This document shows, in pieces, positions 16,927 to 27,049 of a DNA stretch of 64,000 bases. A program made the position numbers and the translations under genes. Below the pieces are notes generated by a model, which was not told the origin of the DNA, did not search any database, and was given only the letters and a program-made list of their open reading frames with translations. This DNA comes from an uncultured Smithella sp. (GTDB lineage: Bacteria; Desulfobacterota; Syntrophia; Syntrophales; Smithellaceae): the NCBI GenBank assembly GCA_964394715.1, contig CAYMYR010000004.1:7007-71006 (forward strand), written 5' to 3'. Positions within the stretch are counted from its first letter, which is position 1. The number at the start of each line of letters is the position of its first letter.

Positions 16927-19164
16927 ATGGCTTTGTTGATTCAATTTAAGCATAAATGTAAAATTGCTATTCTGGCGATTTGCATTGTTCTGTTTTCATC
17001 GAGCAGCCTTGTAGTGGCTCAGGACTTCAAGGTCCCTGAAGACGGTCCGGTGAAGATTGAGGCGGATACTCTTTCCTATGATAACGAAAAAGATATTTAT
17101 TCAGCCAAAGGCAATGTCGTTATTCATTACGGTGACGGCGTTTTAACCTCTGACACTGCCGAATATGACCGCAAGAATAAACTTGCAACTGCAGAGGGAA
17201 ACGCAATTTTAAAGATGGCTGAAGACTCGCTCGCGGGTGATAAAATTGTAGTAAATGTAGAAGACAAAACCGGAGTGGCCTATAATTCCAAGGTTTTTTA
17301 TGCGCGTAATCATTTTTACATAAAAGGCGACAGGATCGAAAAAACAGGGGCGAACAGTTACTATATTGAAAAACCTCTGGCAACAACCTGCGATGGAGAC
17401 AACCCTGACTGGCAACTGGCCGGTTCTAAAATGAAAGTTACACTCGAAGGATATGGCTGGGTGAACAGCGCCAGGTTTCTGACGAAGGGTTTTCCGGTGT
17501 TATATTCTCCCATGGTTGCGTTTCCCGCGAAAACAAAACGGCAATCAGGCTTTCTCTTTCCATATCTTGCCTATTCGAGGGATAAACATGGCATTGATAT
17601 TGAAATCCCGTTTTTCTGGGCGATCAATCCACAGATGGATGCGACCTTGTACACTCGCTACATGGAAAAACGAGGATTGAAGCAGGGCGTGGAATTCCGC
17701 TATTTTGCAGGCACCAAGTCGTTTGGAACGATTTATATGGACTATCTGGAGGACAACAAAAGTGTGAATGACACGTTTGGAACGACGCAGCACCGCGACT
17801 GGCAGGGCATGCACCGTCGGTGGTCTTATTATATCAATCATCAGACAACTTTTGATCCGCAATTCTATTTCCGGGCGGATTTGCGGCGTGTTTCCGATTC
17901 CTGGTATTTCCGTGATTTCAATTCCCATAATTACTATTTAACGAATTACGCTGCGACGGAGAACGACCCGTTTCGAAAAGTTCCCTTTCAGGCAAACGAG
18001 TCTCTGCCTTTTCTGGAATCGTCCGTCCGCCTGTTTAAGGGATGGAACAATTACAATATCATGGCCCGTATAAGTTCAGTTGATAATTTTACAACCGCAA
18101 ATAATGAAGGCACCCTGCAAAGATATCCCGAAATCATTTTTACCGGTATTAAACAGAGGGTATTCTCCACACCGTTGTATCTGGAGTTTGAGGGCAATTA
18201 TGACTATTTTTACCGGGGTCAAGGTCAGAAAGGTCATTATCTTGATTTTGCACCGACCCTGTCCATGCCCTTTGCAGTTTCCAAATATGCGAAAATTGTC
18301 CCGCAAATAAAACTGAGAGAACTATACTGGAATCGTGACGATTCGGGAGCAGATTCTGAAAACCGGAGCGGCAACCGCACGATCTATAATGCAGGTGTAT
18401 CCGCAAGCAGCAGACTTTCCCGGGTCTTTAATGTTAACATTCAGAACTGGGAGAAATTACGACATGAAATCAAACCGGAAGTTTTTTATTCCTATATTCC
18501 GGAAATCCGGCAGCACAATCTTCCTGATTATTTACCAAGAAGCTACACGCTGCTGGATAGTTTTCTGCCCAATGATATATTTTATACAAACGCCCTGCAG
18601 CAGCAAAACGCGGTTGCGTGGGCCCTTACCAATACGCTGACCGCCAGGATAAAAAGCGCAAATGGTGAGCGCAGCTACCTGGAACTATTACGTTTCAAAC
18701 TGTTTCAGGTCTATGACATTAATGAATACAGAAGAGACGTGAGCGGTTCGGCCACGGAAAATCGTCCCCTGTCTGATCTCGGTATGGAGCTGAATTTCGC
18801 ACCACACCCCTATGTTTCCTTTTCTGCCCGCAACCGGTACAGTCCTTACGACGGTTGGAAACAAATGAACTATGACCTGAGTCTCCGAGACTGGCGCGGC
18901 GACAGACTGATATTCGGCTACCGCTATACACTTGATACCATCGAAGAGATCAACGCGGACTTCAGGGCGGTCATTACAGACAACCTGACGGGCCGGCTTG
19001 TTCTCCGTCTTGATCGTTTCAACAACCGGACGGTTGAAACCACGGTCGGCCTGTTCTATTCAAAACAATGCTGGGGCGTGGGGGTGGATTATACCAGATC
19101 GTACAATGATGACACCGTTATGCTGAAAATATCATTGGCGGGATTAGGTATGTTAGGGATTTAA
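16927..19164 (+). CDS. lptD: LPS-assembly outer membrane protein LptD
   Basis: 745 aa. Signal peptide, OstA-like N-terminal beta-jellyroll (repeated G(N/D)V.. strands), and a large C-terminal beta-barrel rich in aromatic/Gly alternation. Confidence 0.85.
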   Translation: MALLIQFKHKCKIAILAICIVLFSSSSLVVAQDFKVPEDGPVKIEADTLSYDNEKDIYSAKGNVVIHYGDGVLTSDTAEYDRKNKLATAEGNAILKMAEDSLAGDKIVVNVEDKTGVAYNSKVFYARNHFYIKGDRIEKTGANSYYIEKPLATTCDGDNPDWQLAGSKMKVTLEGYGWVNSARFLTKGFPVLYSPMVAFPAKTKRQSGFLFPYLAYSRDKHGIDIEIPFFWAINPQMDATLYTRYMEKRGLKQGVEFRYFAGTKSFGTIYMDYLEDNKSVNDTFGTTQHRDWQGMHRRWSYYINHQTTFDPQFYFRADLRRVSDSWYFRDFNSHNYYLTNYAATENDPFRKVPFQANESLPFLESSVRLFKGWNNYNIMARISSVDNFTTANNEGTLQRYPEIIFTGIKQRVFSTPLYLEFEGNYDYFYRGQGQKGHYLDFAPTLSMPFAVSKYAKIVPQIKLRELYWNRDDSGADSENRSGNRTIYNAGVSASSRLSRVFNVNIQNWEKLRHEIKPEVFYSYIPEIRQHNLPDYLPRSYTLLDSFLPNDIFYTNALQQQNAVAWALTNTLTARIKSANGERSYLELLRFKLFQVYDINEYRRDVSGSATENRPLSDLGMELNFAPHPYVSFSARNRYSPYDGWKQMNYDLSLRDWRGDRLIFGYRYTLDTIEEINADFRAVITDNLTGRLVLRLDRFNNRTVETTVGLFYSKQCWGVGVDYTRSYNDDTVMLKISLAGLGMLGI

Positions 19165-19246
19165 TGGGGTTATCTCCCTTTGCGACCCAAAAGAACCGTG
19201 TCGATACGATCCATTTTAAAATCAGCATTTGATTCAAATATTTTCC

Positions 19247-19275
19247 TTGACAAAAGAAAGGGAATTGCATAGTTT
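19247..19275 (+). promoter_or_regulatory. Possible sigma70 promoter of rplM-rpsI
   Basis: TTGACA (19247-19252), 17-nt spacer, TAGTTT (19270-19275). The -10 element is weak. Confidence 0.3.
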
Positions 19276-19310
19276 GCATCTTTAAATTTTTAGTAAAGTG
19301 ACGGTTTATT

Positions 19311-19739
19311 ATGAAGACATTTTCAGCGAAGGCAGAAGAGACAAAGAAAGACTGGTATGTAGTTGATGCATCCGGAAAAGTGTTGGGAAGACTGGCCAGT
19401 GAGATCGCCCTGCGCCTTCGGGGCAAACATAAAGCCATTTATACACCGCATGTCGATACAGGCGATTTTATTGTGGTGGTCAATGCCGAAAAGATCATCC
19501 TGACCGGTAAAAAGCTTACGGACAAAATCTATTATTCCTATTCCGGATATCCGGGAGGGTTAAGAGAAACGGCTGCCGGAAAGATGCTTGCGGAAAAACC
19601 GGAAAACCTCATTCGCATTGCTGTAGCCGGAATGATGCCCAAGAATAACCTTGGCAAAAAGATGCTGAAAAAACTGAAAATATACAGCGGCAATGCGCAC
19701 CCGCATGACGCTCAGTGTCCAAAGACCCTGGCGGTTTAA
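19311..19739 (+). CDS. rplM: 50S ribosomal protein L13
   Basis: 142 aa. [18 protein letters not shown]...[13 protein letters not shown] is canonical L13. Confidence 0.95.
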   Translation: MKTFSAKAEETKKDWYVVDASGKVLGRLASEIALRLRGKHKAIYTPHVDTGDFIVVVNAEKIILTGKKLTDKIYYSYSGYPGGLRETAAGKMLAEKPENLIRIAVAGMMPKNNLGKKMLKKLKIYSGNAHPHDAQCPKTLAV

Positions 19740-19787
19740 TCTGCGCCGGTCGATGATTGATTGATTTTATTTTATTTGGGAGAAGCC

Positions 19788-20180
19788 ATGACAGTACAAC
19801 GATTTTATGCAACCGGTAAAAGAAAAAGCGCTATTGCGCGTGTCTATATGAAGTCAGGGAGCGGGAGTATCGTAGTCAACAAAAGAAACTACGAAGAGTA
19901 TTTTTCCCGTCCCAGCCTGAAGATGATCATCCGGCAGCCTCTGGAAATCACCGGTAAGCAAGACCAGTTCGATTTTTATGTTAACGTAAGTGGCGGCGGC
20001 GTGGCAGGCCAGGCCGGTGCCGTGAAACACGGAATTTCCAAAGCGCTTCTGGGGTATGACGCCGAGTTGCGTTCCATTTTGAAGAAGGCGGGATTTCTGA
20101 CGCGTGATGCCCGCATCAAGGAACGGAAGAAATACGGCCAGCCGGGAGCCCGCAAGAGATTCCAATTTTCCAAGCGCTGA
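19788..20180 (+). CDS. rpsI: 30S ribosomal protein S9
   Basis: [15 protein letters not shown]-terminus and the C-terminal [21 protein letters not shown] 19788 is preceded by GGGAGA; the ORF-track start at 19761 adds 9 implausible residues. Confidence 0.95.
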   Translation: MTVQRFYATGKRKSAIARVYMKSGSGSIVVNKRNYEEYFSRPSLKMIIRQPLEITGKQDQFDFYVNVSGGGVAGQAGAVKHGISKALLGYDAELRSILKKAGFLTRDARIKERKKYGQPGARKRFQFSKR

Positions 20181-20187
20181 TCAAACA

Positions 20188-20216
20188 GGGGGGGCTTTCA
20201 GGCCTCCCTTTTTTTT
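20188..20216 (+). terminator. Intrinsic terminator after rpsI
   Basis: GC-rich hairpin (GGGGGG ... CCTCCC, 6-7 bp including G-U pairs) followed by a T8 run. Confidence 0.6.
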
Positions 20217-20226
20217 GGAGTTTTTT

Positions 20227-21267
20227 ATGGCAATTCAAGCAGCAATTTTCGGGGCCAGTGGATACACGGGCCAGGAGCTTATTCGGATTTTATCCGGTCA
20301 TCCGCAGGTGAATCTGGTGGCGGTTACATCCAGGCGATATGCCGGACGACCGGTGACGGAAATTTATCCTTCACTGTCCGGTATGACTACCCTGACCTAT
20401 TCAAATTCAACTCCACAGGAGATTTCCAATCTTTGCGATGTGGCTTTTCTGGCCCTGCCGCACGGTGTTTCCATGGATATCGTGCCCGTGTTCATCAACG
20501 CGGGCAAGCAAGTCATCGATCTTTCCGCCGATTATCGTCTGAGGGACCTTGCTGTTTACGAAAAATGGTATGCAAAACACAGCAGTGCCGATCTTTTCGG
20601 ACAGGCTGTCTACGGTCTTCCTGAACTTTACCGGAGTGAAATTAAACAAGCCCGGTTGATAGCCAATCCGGGTTGTTATCCAACCAGCATTATTCTGGGA
20701 CTTGCGCCGGTTTTGAAAAACAAGCTTGTGGATATATCCACGATCATTGCTGATTCGGCATCCGGCGTGAGCGGTGCGGGAAGAGATCCTCAGGTCACTT
20801 CGCTGTTTTGCGAAGTGGACGGAGGGTTCAAGGCCTACAAGGTGGGAAAGCACAGGCATACGCCGGAAATCGAGCAGGAATTGAACAAACTGGCAGGGGC
20901 TGATTTTGCGATTACTTTTACACCGCACTTATTACCGGTGAAAAGAGGTATCCTGAGTACGGTTTATGCAACGCTTAAGACGGATATTACGCTTGCCGAC
21001 CTTCACACAATGTATACGTCTTTTTATGAAGAAGAAAAATTTGTTCGGATATGTCCGGAAGGGACGTACCCCAACATTTCCTCTGTTTGCGGGTCAAATT
21101 ACTGCGATATCGGTCTGGTTCTGGATTCGAGGACGAAACGGATCATTATTATTTCCGCTATTGACAATTTAGTCAAGGGGGCGGCCGGCCAGGCCGTTCA
21201 AAACATGAACCTTGTCTGTTCTCTGGCGGAAGACAGCGGTTTGAATGTGCCGCCGCTTTATCCCTGA
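20227..21267 (+). CDS. argC: N-acetyl-gamma-glutamyl-phosphate reductase
   Basis: MAIQAAIFGASGYTGQELIRIL NAD-binding N-terminus and the active-site NPGCYPT. The ORF-track start at 20104 lies inside rpsI and is rejected. Confidence 0.9.
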   Translation: MAIQAAIFGASGYTGQELIRILSGHPQVNLVAVTSRRYAGRPVTEIYPSLSGMTTLTYSNSTPQEISNLCDVAFLALPHGVSMDIVPVFINAGKQVIDLSADYRLRDLAVYEKWYAKHSSADLFGQAVYGLPELYRSEIKQARLIANPGCYPTSIILGLAPVLKNKLVDISTIIADSASGVSGAGRDPQVTSLFCEVDGGFKAYKVGKHRHTPEIEQELNKLAGADFAITFTPHLLPVKRGILSTVYATLKTDITLADLHTMYTSFYEEEKFVRICPEGTYPNISSVCGSNYCDIGLVLDSRTKRIIIISAIDNLVKGAAGQAVQNMNLVCSLAEDSGLNVPPLYP

Positions 21268-21272
21268 AGAAA

Positions 21273-22754
21273 GTGGTAAAAATGCCTCAAAGATTATTTA
21301 ATACGAAAACAAGAAAAAAAGAAATCCTGCAGCCGGTCAGGGAAGGTGCCGTCGGCATGTATGTCTGCGGGATCACAGCATACGATGTCTGCCATGTCGG
21401 TCATGCCCGCGCCGCGGTTGTATTCGATGTTGTTTTTCGCCATTTAAAAGCACACGGCTACAACGTGACGTACGTTAAAAACTTTACCGACATTGACGAT
21501 AAAATCATTGATCGGGCAAATAGAGAAGGTGTTGATATCGCCCGGATCACCGAACATTACATCAAACTCCATGACGAGGATATGGCTGCACTCAATGTTT
21601 TAACGCCCACGTTAACGCCCAGGGCAACTGCGCATATGGCGGACATGATTGACCTGATTGCAATTCTGGAAGATAAAGGCATAGCCTATGCAGTGGACGG
21701 AGATGTGTTTTTTGCGGTTGACAATTATCCGGCATACGGCGGATTGTCCGGACGTCATCTGGATGAAATGATGGCCGGTGCACGTGTGGACGTCAACGAT
21801 AAGAAAAGAAACCCGCTTGATTTTGTTCTCTGGAAAAAGAGCAAGGAAGGCGAACCTTTCTGGGAAAGTCCGTGGGGCAAAGGCAGACCGGGCTGGCATA
21901 TTGAGTGCTCGGCCATGAGCCGGAAGTATCTCGGTGAAACATTCGATATTCACGGCGGCGGTGAAGACCTCGTTTTCCCTCACCACGAAAATGAAATTGC
22001 GCAATCCCAGGCGGCAACGGGGAAACCTCTGGCCAATTACTGGATGCACAATGGATTTGTGAAGATTAACGCGGAAAAAATGTCAAAGTCCCTGGGGAAC
22101 ATTTCCCCGATACGGGACATTATCAGGCACTACCATCCGGAAGTCCTGCGTCTGTTTATCCTTCAGAGTCACTACCGGAGTCCTGTGGATTACTCTGACG
22201 CGGCGATGAAGGAAACCAGGACAGCCCTGATTCGCTGCTATTCCGCTCTTCAGTTGATGAAAGAAACAAAGGATAAATTGGGCTCCCGGAGTGGTGGCAG
22301 TCTTCAGATTGATCAACCCGGTCATGTGGACAAATTAGAGGAGCTGAGAGATAAATTTAACGAAGCTCTTGACGACGATTTTAATACGGCACAAGCTTTG
22401 GGCTATGTTTTTGAAACTGCCCGGTTGGTCAACAATATCAATGCCGTGGAAAAGAGGATGGCACCGGGAGCTAAAAAGATCATATTGGATACTGCGGCGA
22501 GTGTTTTCTCTCATTTTGGCGATGTGCTGGGTATTTTTCAACAAGAGCCAGATAGCTTCTTTCTGGCTGATCGTGATATTGAAGCCGACAAACGTGGTTT
22601 GGATGTATCCCGGATAGAGATGATGATCACGGAAAGGCAAAAAGCCCGTGCAGATAAAGACTGGAACAGGGCTGACGACATTCGGCGGGAACTGGCATCT
22701 CAGGGCGTTATTTTAAAAGATTCGGCAGATCATACGACATGGCTGATTGAATAG
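21273..22754 (+). CDS. cysS: Cysteine--tRNA ligase
   Basis: HIGH-type motif HVGHAR, KMSKS motif, WHIECS zinc site. ATG 21282 is an alternative start. Confidence 0.95.
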   Translation: MVKMPQRLFNTKTRKKEILQPVREGAVGMYVCGITAYDVCHVGHARAAVVFDVVFRHLKAHGYNVTYVKNFTDIDDKIIDRANREGVDIARITEHYIKLHDEDMAALNVLTPTLTPRATAHMADMIDLIAILEDKGIAYAVDGDVFFAVDNYPAYGGLSGRHLDEMMAGARVDVNDKKRNPLDFVLWKKSKEGEPFWESPWGKGRPGWHIECSAMSRKYLGETFDIHGGGEDLVFPHHENEIAQSQAATGKPLANYWMHNGFVKINAEKMSKSLGNISPIRDIIRHYHPEVLRLFILQSHYRSPVDYSDAAMKETRTALIRCYSALQLMKETKDKLGSRSGGSLQIDQPGHVDKLEELRDKFNEALDDDFNTAQALGYVFETARLVNNINAVEKRMAPGAKKIILDTAASVFSHFGDVLGIFQQEPDSFFLADRDIEADKRGLDVSRIEMMITERQKARADKDWNRADDIRRELASQGVILKDSADHTTWLIE

Positions 22755-22915
22755 ATAACGGCCTTCATTATTTTTGCCGTCCGTCCTTGCAGGTCTTCTT
22801 AATATTTTTTTCCTGGTTTCATGAAAGTTATGGAAAAGAACCATTATAATGGTATATACTTAATTTTATTAGTATCATATGTAATAAAACATATCTTTAC
22901 CGTGTGAGGCACATC

Positions 22916-24238
22916 ATGAAAAACATATCTGCTAAAGGATTGGTATTTGCCATCGCAATCCTCAGTCTTTTTGTTGTTTTCTGGAATTCTTCGGACAGCC
23001 TGGTTTCCGCAAAGGAAAAAAATATCTATAAGGAAATTAAAACCTTCAACGAGGTTTTGGACATGGTTCAGAAGAATTATGTTGATCAAGTGGATTCCTC
23101 CTCGTTAATTCAGGGGGCGATAAACGGTATGATCAAAACGCTGGATCCGCATAGCGCGTTTATGACCCCTGATGTATACAAGGGACTGGAAGAGGAGACA
23201 CAGGGGCATTTTGGAGGCATAGGCATCGAGATTACCCTGGTGAAAGATGTGTTGACCGTTGTGTCTCCTATTGAAGATACACCCGCTTATAAAGCGGGGG
23301 TGAAATCCGGAGATCAGATCATCAAGATTGACGGCAAAACCACAAAAGATATCTCCATGATGGAAGCCGTAAAAAAGCTGCGCGGCAAGAAGGGTACGAA
23401 AGTGACCATCACGATTACGCGGGAGGGTATGATCAAACCCCGAAATATCGTTCTGACCCGCGCCGAAATTCAGGTTCATAGTGTGAAGTCAAAAACTTTC
23501 GATAATAATATTGGATATATACGCATCTCTTCCTTCAATGAAAAAACCGCAGCCGATCTTCGTAAAGCCCTTGCCGACGTGAAAGTAAAATCGGATCCCA
23601 TGCAGGGGCTGGTTCTGGATTTGAGAAACGATCCGGGAGGACTTTTAAATCAGGCAATTGAAGTATCTGATATGTTTTTAAGATCGGGCGTTATCGTTTC
23701 CACGCGCGGACGAACGAAAAGCATGGAGACCAGGATGCAGGCCAAGGATGACGGAGCCAGGGAAGTGACGGTTCCCATGGTTGTTCTTGTGAATGAAGGT
23801 ACAGCGAGCGCAGCGGAAATTGTAGCCGGAGCCCTTCAGGATAATGGACGTGCGTTGATTTTAGGAACCCAGACATTTGGCAAGGCGTCCGTACAAACCG
23901 TGATCCGCCTTGAAGACGGATCGGCGCTAAAATTAACAACCGCCCGGTATTATACACCCAAGGGCAGGTCCATCCAGGCTGAAGGAATAAAACCGGATCT
24001 GATCGTAAAACTGAAGAAGCCGACGAAGGATACGGAGGATAATCAAGCCGACGAGATGATGCGGGAAAAAGATCTTGAAGGTCACATCCTGCCTTCCGGA
24101 GAAGAAGACAGGGAAACAGAGGACCGTAAAACAGACAGCTCAAAAGAAATGGAAGATCTGGACAAAGACAATCAGGTGAGGACAGCTGTTGATATTTTAA
24201 GGGGCTGGCATATGATGAAAAAGAATCTGGCCAATTGA
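22916..24238 (+). CDS. ctpA: Carboxy-terminal processing (S41) protease
   Basis: Signal peptide, PDZ segment (GGIGIEIT...GDQIIKIDG), S41 catalytic region (NEGTASAAEIVAGALQD...K). The start could also be GTG 22904. Confidence 0.85.
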   Translation: MKNISAKGLVFAIAILSLFVVFWNSSDSLVSAKEKNIYKEIKTFNEVLDMVQKNYVDQVDSSSLIQGAINGMIKTLDPHSAFMTPDVYKGLEEETQGHFGGIGIEITLVKDVLTVVSPIEDTPAYKAGVKSGDQIIKIDGKTTKDISMMEAVKKLRGKKGTKVTITITREGMIKPRNIVLTRAEIQVHSVKSKTFDNNIGYIRISSFNEKTAADLRKALADVKVKSDPMQGLVLDLRNDPGGLLNQAIEVSDMFLRSGVIVSTRGRTKSMETRMQAKDDGAREVTVPMVVLVNEGTASAAEIVAGALQDNGRALILGTQTFGKASVQTVIRLEDGSALKLTTARYYTPKGRSIQAEGIKPDLIVKLKKPTKDTEDNQADEMMREKDLEGHILPSGEEDRETEDRKTDSSKEMEDLDKDNQVRTAVDILRGWHMMKKNLAN

Positions 24239-24264
24239 TGTGTTTTTTTTGAGGCGAACCAAAC

Positions 24265-25266
24265 GTGGCCGCGAAAAAGAAAAAAAATAACAAAAAATTT
24301 TTGAATGCGTTTTTAACAGTCTTGATCGTTGCATCTGTTGCCGCGATTTTATACGTGAGTTTTTTTCATAGGGAAGAAAAGGGTTTACAGCCGGCGGTGA
24401 AAAAGCAATCAACGCAGCAGAAGGTCTTCTCCAAAGAAAAATCGCAGACGCCGACCCGGGCCAAAGAGGTAAAGGAAAAGGAAAAAACCAGTGACTCTTC
24501 CGTGTCGGAATCTGCGGTCGAGCAAAATACGAAGAAAGAAAAAATTGTTGTTGCCAAGATTGTGCCGCCCCGGTTAGCCGTCAAGCAGGTGGCCATTATT
24601 ATTGACGATATCGGCTATGACATGAAACAGGTGCGGGATCTTTTGAATATTGACGCGGATATCACATTTGCCATTTTACCGCTTCTACCCCATTCACGTG
24701 AAGCGGCGGAAACTCTGCATAGAGCCAACCGTGAAACCCTGCTGCACCTGCCGATGGAACCACTTTCCTATCCGAAGGAAAAGCCCGGCGCAGGGGCTCT
24801 TTTTACGGAGATGAATGATGCGGAAATTCTGTCACAGCTGGAAAAAAATATGGCCAGCGTACCTTATGTTTCCGGTGTCAATAACCACATGGGTTCCAAA
24901 TTCATGGCTGACGAAGAGAAGCTAACGCCGGTTTTCAGGCAGTTGAAGAAAAAGGGGTTGTTTTTTATTGATTCACGAACGACCCCTTCATCTAAAACCC
25001 CGTCGGCTGCTAAAAGAGTTCATTTGACTGTCGCGTCGCGCAGGGTCTTTCTGGATAATGAGAGGGACTATCAGAAGATCTATCAAATTCTGATGAATGT
25101 GATTGAGACACCGGCTGGCGGAGCGCCGTTGATCGTGATTGGCCACCCCTATCCGGAAACAATCCGGGCGATCAGGGACGCCAGCAAAGTTTTTCGGGAG
25201 AAAGGTGTTTCCATCATTCCCGTATCAAAACTGATCAAGACGGCCTCTTCGCAAGGCGTATCCTGA
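24265..25266 (+). CDS. Divergent polysaccharide deacetylase family protein (YibQ-like)
   Basis: 333 aa. Basic N-terminus plus a TM helix. VAIIIDDIGYD...FAILP...HLPMEP... matches the YibQ/DUF610 pattern. Confidence 0.75.
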   Translation: MAAKKKKNNKKFLNAFLTVLIVASVAAILYVSFFHREEKGLQPAVKKQSTQQKVFSKEKSQTPTRAKEVKEKEKTSDSSVSESAVEQNTKKEKIVVAKIVPPRLAVKQVAIIIDDIGYDMKQVRDLLNIDADITFAILPLLPHSREAAETLHRANRETLLHLPMEPLSYPKEKPGAGALFTEMNDAEILSQLEKNMASVPYVSGVNNHMGSKFMADEEKLTPVFRQLKKKGLFFIDSRTTPSSKTPSAAKRVHLTVASRRVFLDNERDYQKIYQILMNVIETPAGGAPLIVIGHPYPETIRAIRDASKVFREKGVSIIPVSKLIKTASSQGVS

Positions 25267-25297
25267 TGATATCTGAATTGAAAGCAGCTGTGCTCTA

Positions 25298-27004
25298 ATG
25301 CAAAAGAAAATAATTATTTTTATCATTTGCGGCCTTCTTTTTTCTGCAGCGCAGGGCGGCTGCGCTTCTCCCCTGAAGCAGCGTTTGTCATCCAATCCAT
25401 CCGTTGATGAAGTTTATTCCAAAGAGGCTGCCTATCATTATTCACTGGCTGTTTTCTTACGGCTGAATCATGAACTGTCGGAAGCGATCGACCAGATGAA
25501 AAAAGCGCTCGCTATTCATCCGGATTCTATTTATCTGAATACCGAACTGGTTTCGCTGTATGCTGAACACAGCGATTTTGACAATGCTCTGTCGCTCGGC
25601 GAAGCCATGTTGGCTAAGAATCCAGGAAATATCGAACTGCGGTCGATCCTGGGGGGGGTATATTTCAATTTACGCAAATACGATAAAGCGGTTCAAGAGT
25701 ATCAGGCTATTATTGAGATTGATCCGAAAAACCTGGTTGCCCGCCTATTCCTGGCGACAATTTATACACAGGAGAAAAAGTATGATTTGGCGAGGAAGGT
25801 TTATCAGCAGCTCTTGAAAATGGATCCCGGCAATATTATCGGGATGTTTTATTATGCGAAAATATTGACTCAAATGAACCGTCCGGCAGAGGCGGAAGCG
25901 CTTTATAAAAAAATGACCTTGCAAAAACCGGAGTTTGAAGCGGCCTGGCTCAGTCTTGCTGCTCTTTATGAAAATGAGAAAAAATATGATGAGGCCATTG
26001 CTGTTTATCGGGCTTATCTGGAGATAAACCCTGCCAGGATCATTTTTCGTGTGAAGATCGCACAGCAGCTGGTGAAAGTGAATAAGCAGTCCCTGGCAGA
26101 AAAAGAGTTGAAAGAAGCGTTGCAGGTTGATCCCGCCAACCGGGATGTCCGAACCATGCTGGGATTGTTGTATTATGAAATGAAGCAGTTTGATGCGGCG
26201 GCGGCCCAGTTTTTGACGATTTTGCAATCATCGCAAGGAGATGAAAAAATCCGCTATCTTCTGGCCAATACGCTGGAGCAAAAGGGTGATTTGTCTGCCG
26301 CATTTATGGAGTATCAAAAAATATCCCCTGATTTTGAATTATATGCAAATGCTCAAGTCCTTGCAGCCATGATTCGCAAGAAAGAAGGCAGAATTGAAGA
26401 CGCCATTGGAGTTATGGTCCGGGCCATCGAAAAGAAAAACGATCAGGCAGCGCTGTATCTGTATTTGTCATCCCTGCATGAAGAAAAAAAAGATATGGAC
26501 GCAGCGGAAAAAATAATCCGGGAAGGTATCAGTCGCTTCCCCCGCAATACGGATATGTATTATGTTCTGGGAACGATTCAGGAGAAAACGGATCGCTTTG
26601 AGGAGAGCATCAAATCGATGAGAAAAGTGCTGGACATTGATCCGCAAAATGCCGATGCTCTTAACTTTATTGGCTACACGTATGCCGACCGTGACATTCA
26701 CCTTGACGAAGCAGAACAAATGATTGTTCAGGCCCTGAAGATCAAGCCTAAAAATGGATACATCCTGGATTCCCTGGGCTGGGTTCATTTCAAGAGAAAA
26801 CAATACGACAGCGCCCTGAAGTATCTCAAGGAGGCTCTGGAGCTCCTGCCGGATGATCCTAATATTAATGAACATATAGGGGATGTTTATCTGAAGATCG
26901 GGCGGGAGCAGGAAGCGCTGGAGTATTACCGGAAGGCAGTGAAGATAGATCCTGCTAATCTCAAACTGAAAGAGAAACTGGAAAATCTGATCAACAAAAA
27001 ATAA
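25298..27004 (+). CDS. Tetratricopeptide-repeat protein (secreted or lipoprotein)
   Basis: 568 aa. Signal sequence, then more than 10 TPR-like 34-aa repeats (A..Y..AL..DP.N). Contains a G8 tract at 25651-25658. Confidence 0.75.
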   Translation: MQKKIIIFIICGLLFSAAQGGCASPLKQRLSSNPSVDEVYSKEAAYHYSLAVFLRLNHELSEAIDQMKKALAIHPDSIYLNTELVSLYAEHSDFDNALSLGEAMLAKNPGNIELRSILGGVYFNLRKYDKAVQEYQAIIEIDPKNLVARLFLATIYTQEKKYDLARKVYQQLLKMDPGNIIGMFYYAKILTQMNRPAEAEALYKKMTLQKPEFEAAWLSLAALYENEKKYDEAIAVYRAYLEINPARIIFRVKIAQQLVKVNKQSLAEKELKEALQVDPANRDVRTMLGLLYYEMKQFDAAAAQFLTILQSSQGDEKIRYLLANTLEQKGDLSAAFMEYQKISPDFELYANAQVLAAMIRKKEGRIEDAIGVMVRAIEKKNDQAALYLYLSSLHEEKKDMDAAEKIIREGISRFPRNTDMYYVLGTIQEKTDRFEESIKSMRKVLDIDPQNADALNFIGYTYADRDIHLDEAEQMIVQALKIKPKNGYILDSLGWVHFKRKQYDSALKYLKEALELLPDDPNINEHIGDVYLKIGREQEALEYYRKAVKIDPANLKLKEKLENLINKK

Positions 27005-27049
27005 GGGATTACCAGAATCCTGATCATCTCCCCTGAAAGTGTTTGCAAG

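Noticed and set aside
20104-20226. N-terminal extensions offered by the ORF track for argC. The same applies to selB (to 40061), ftsI (from 43777), the CDF gene (from 35858), the TetR gene (to 63996) and rpsI (from 19761).
   Set aside because: The extensions overlap upstream genes or add residues not seen in these conserved families. Internal ATGs with SD sequences align with the canonical N-termini.
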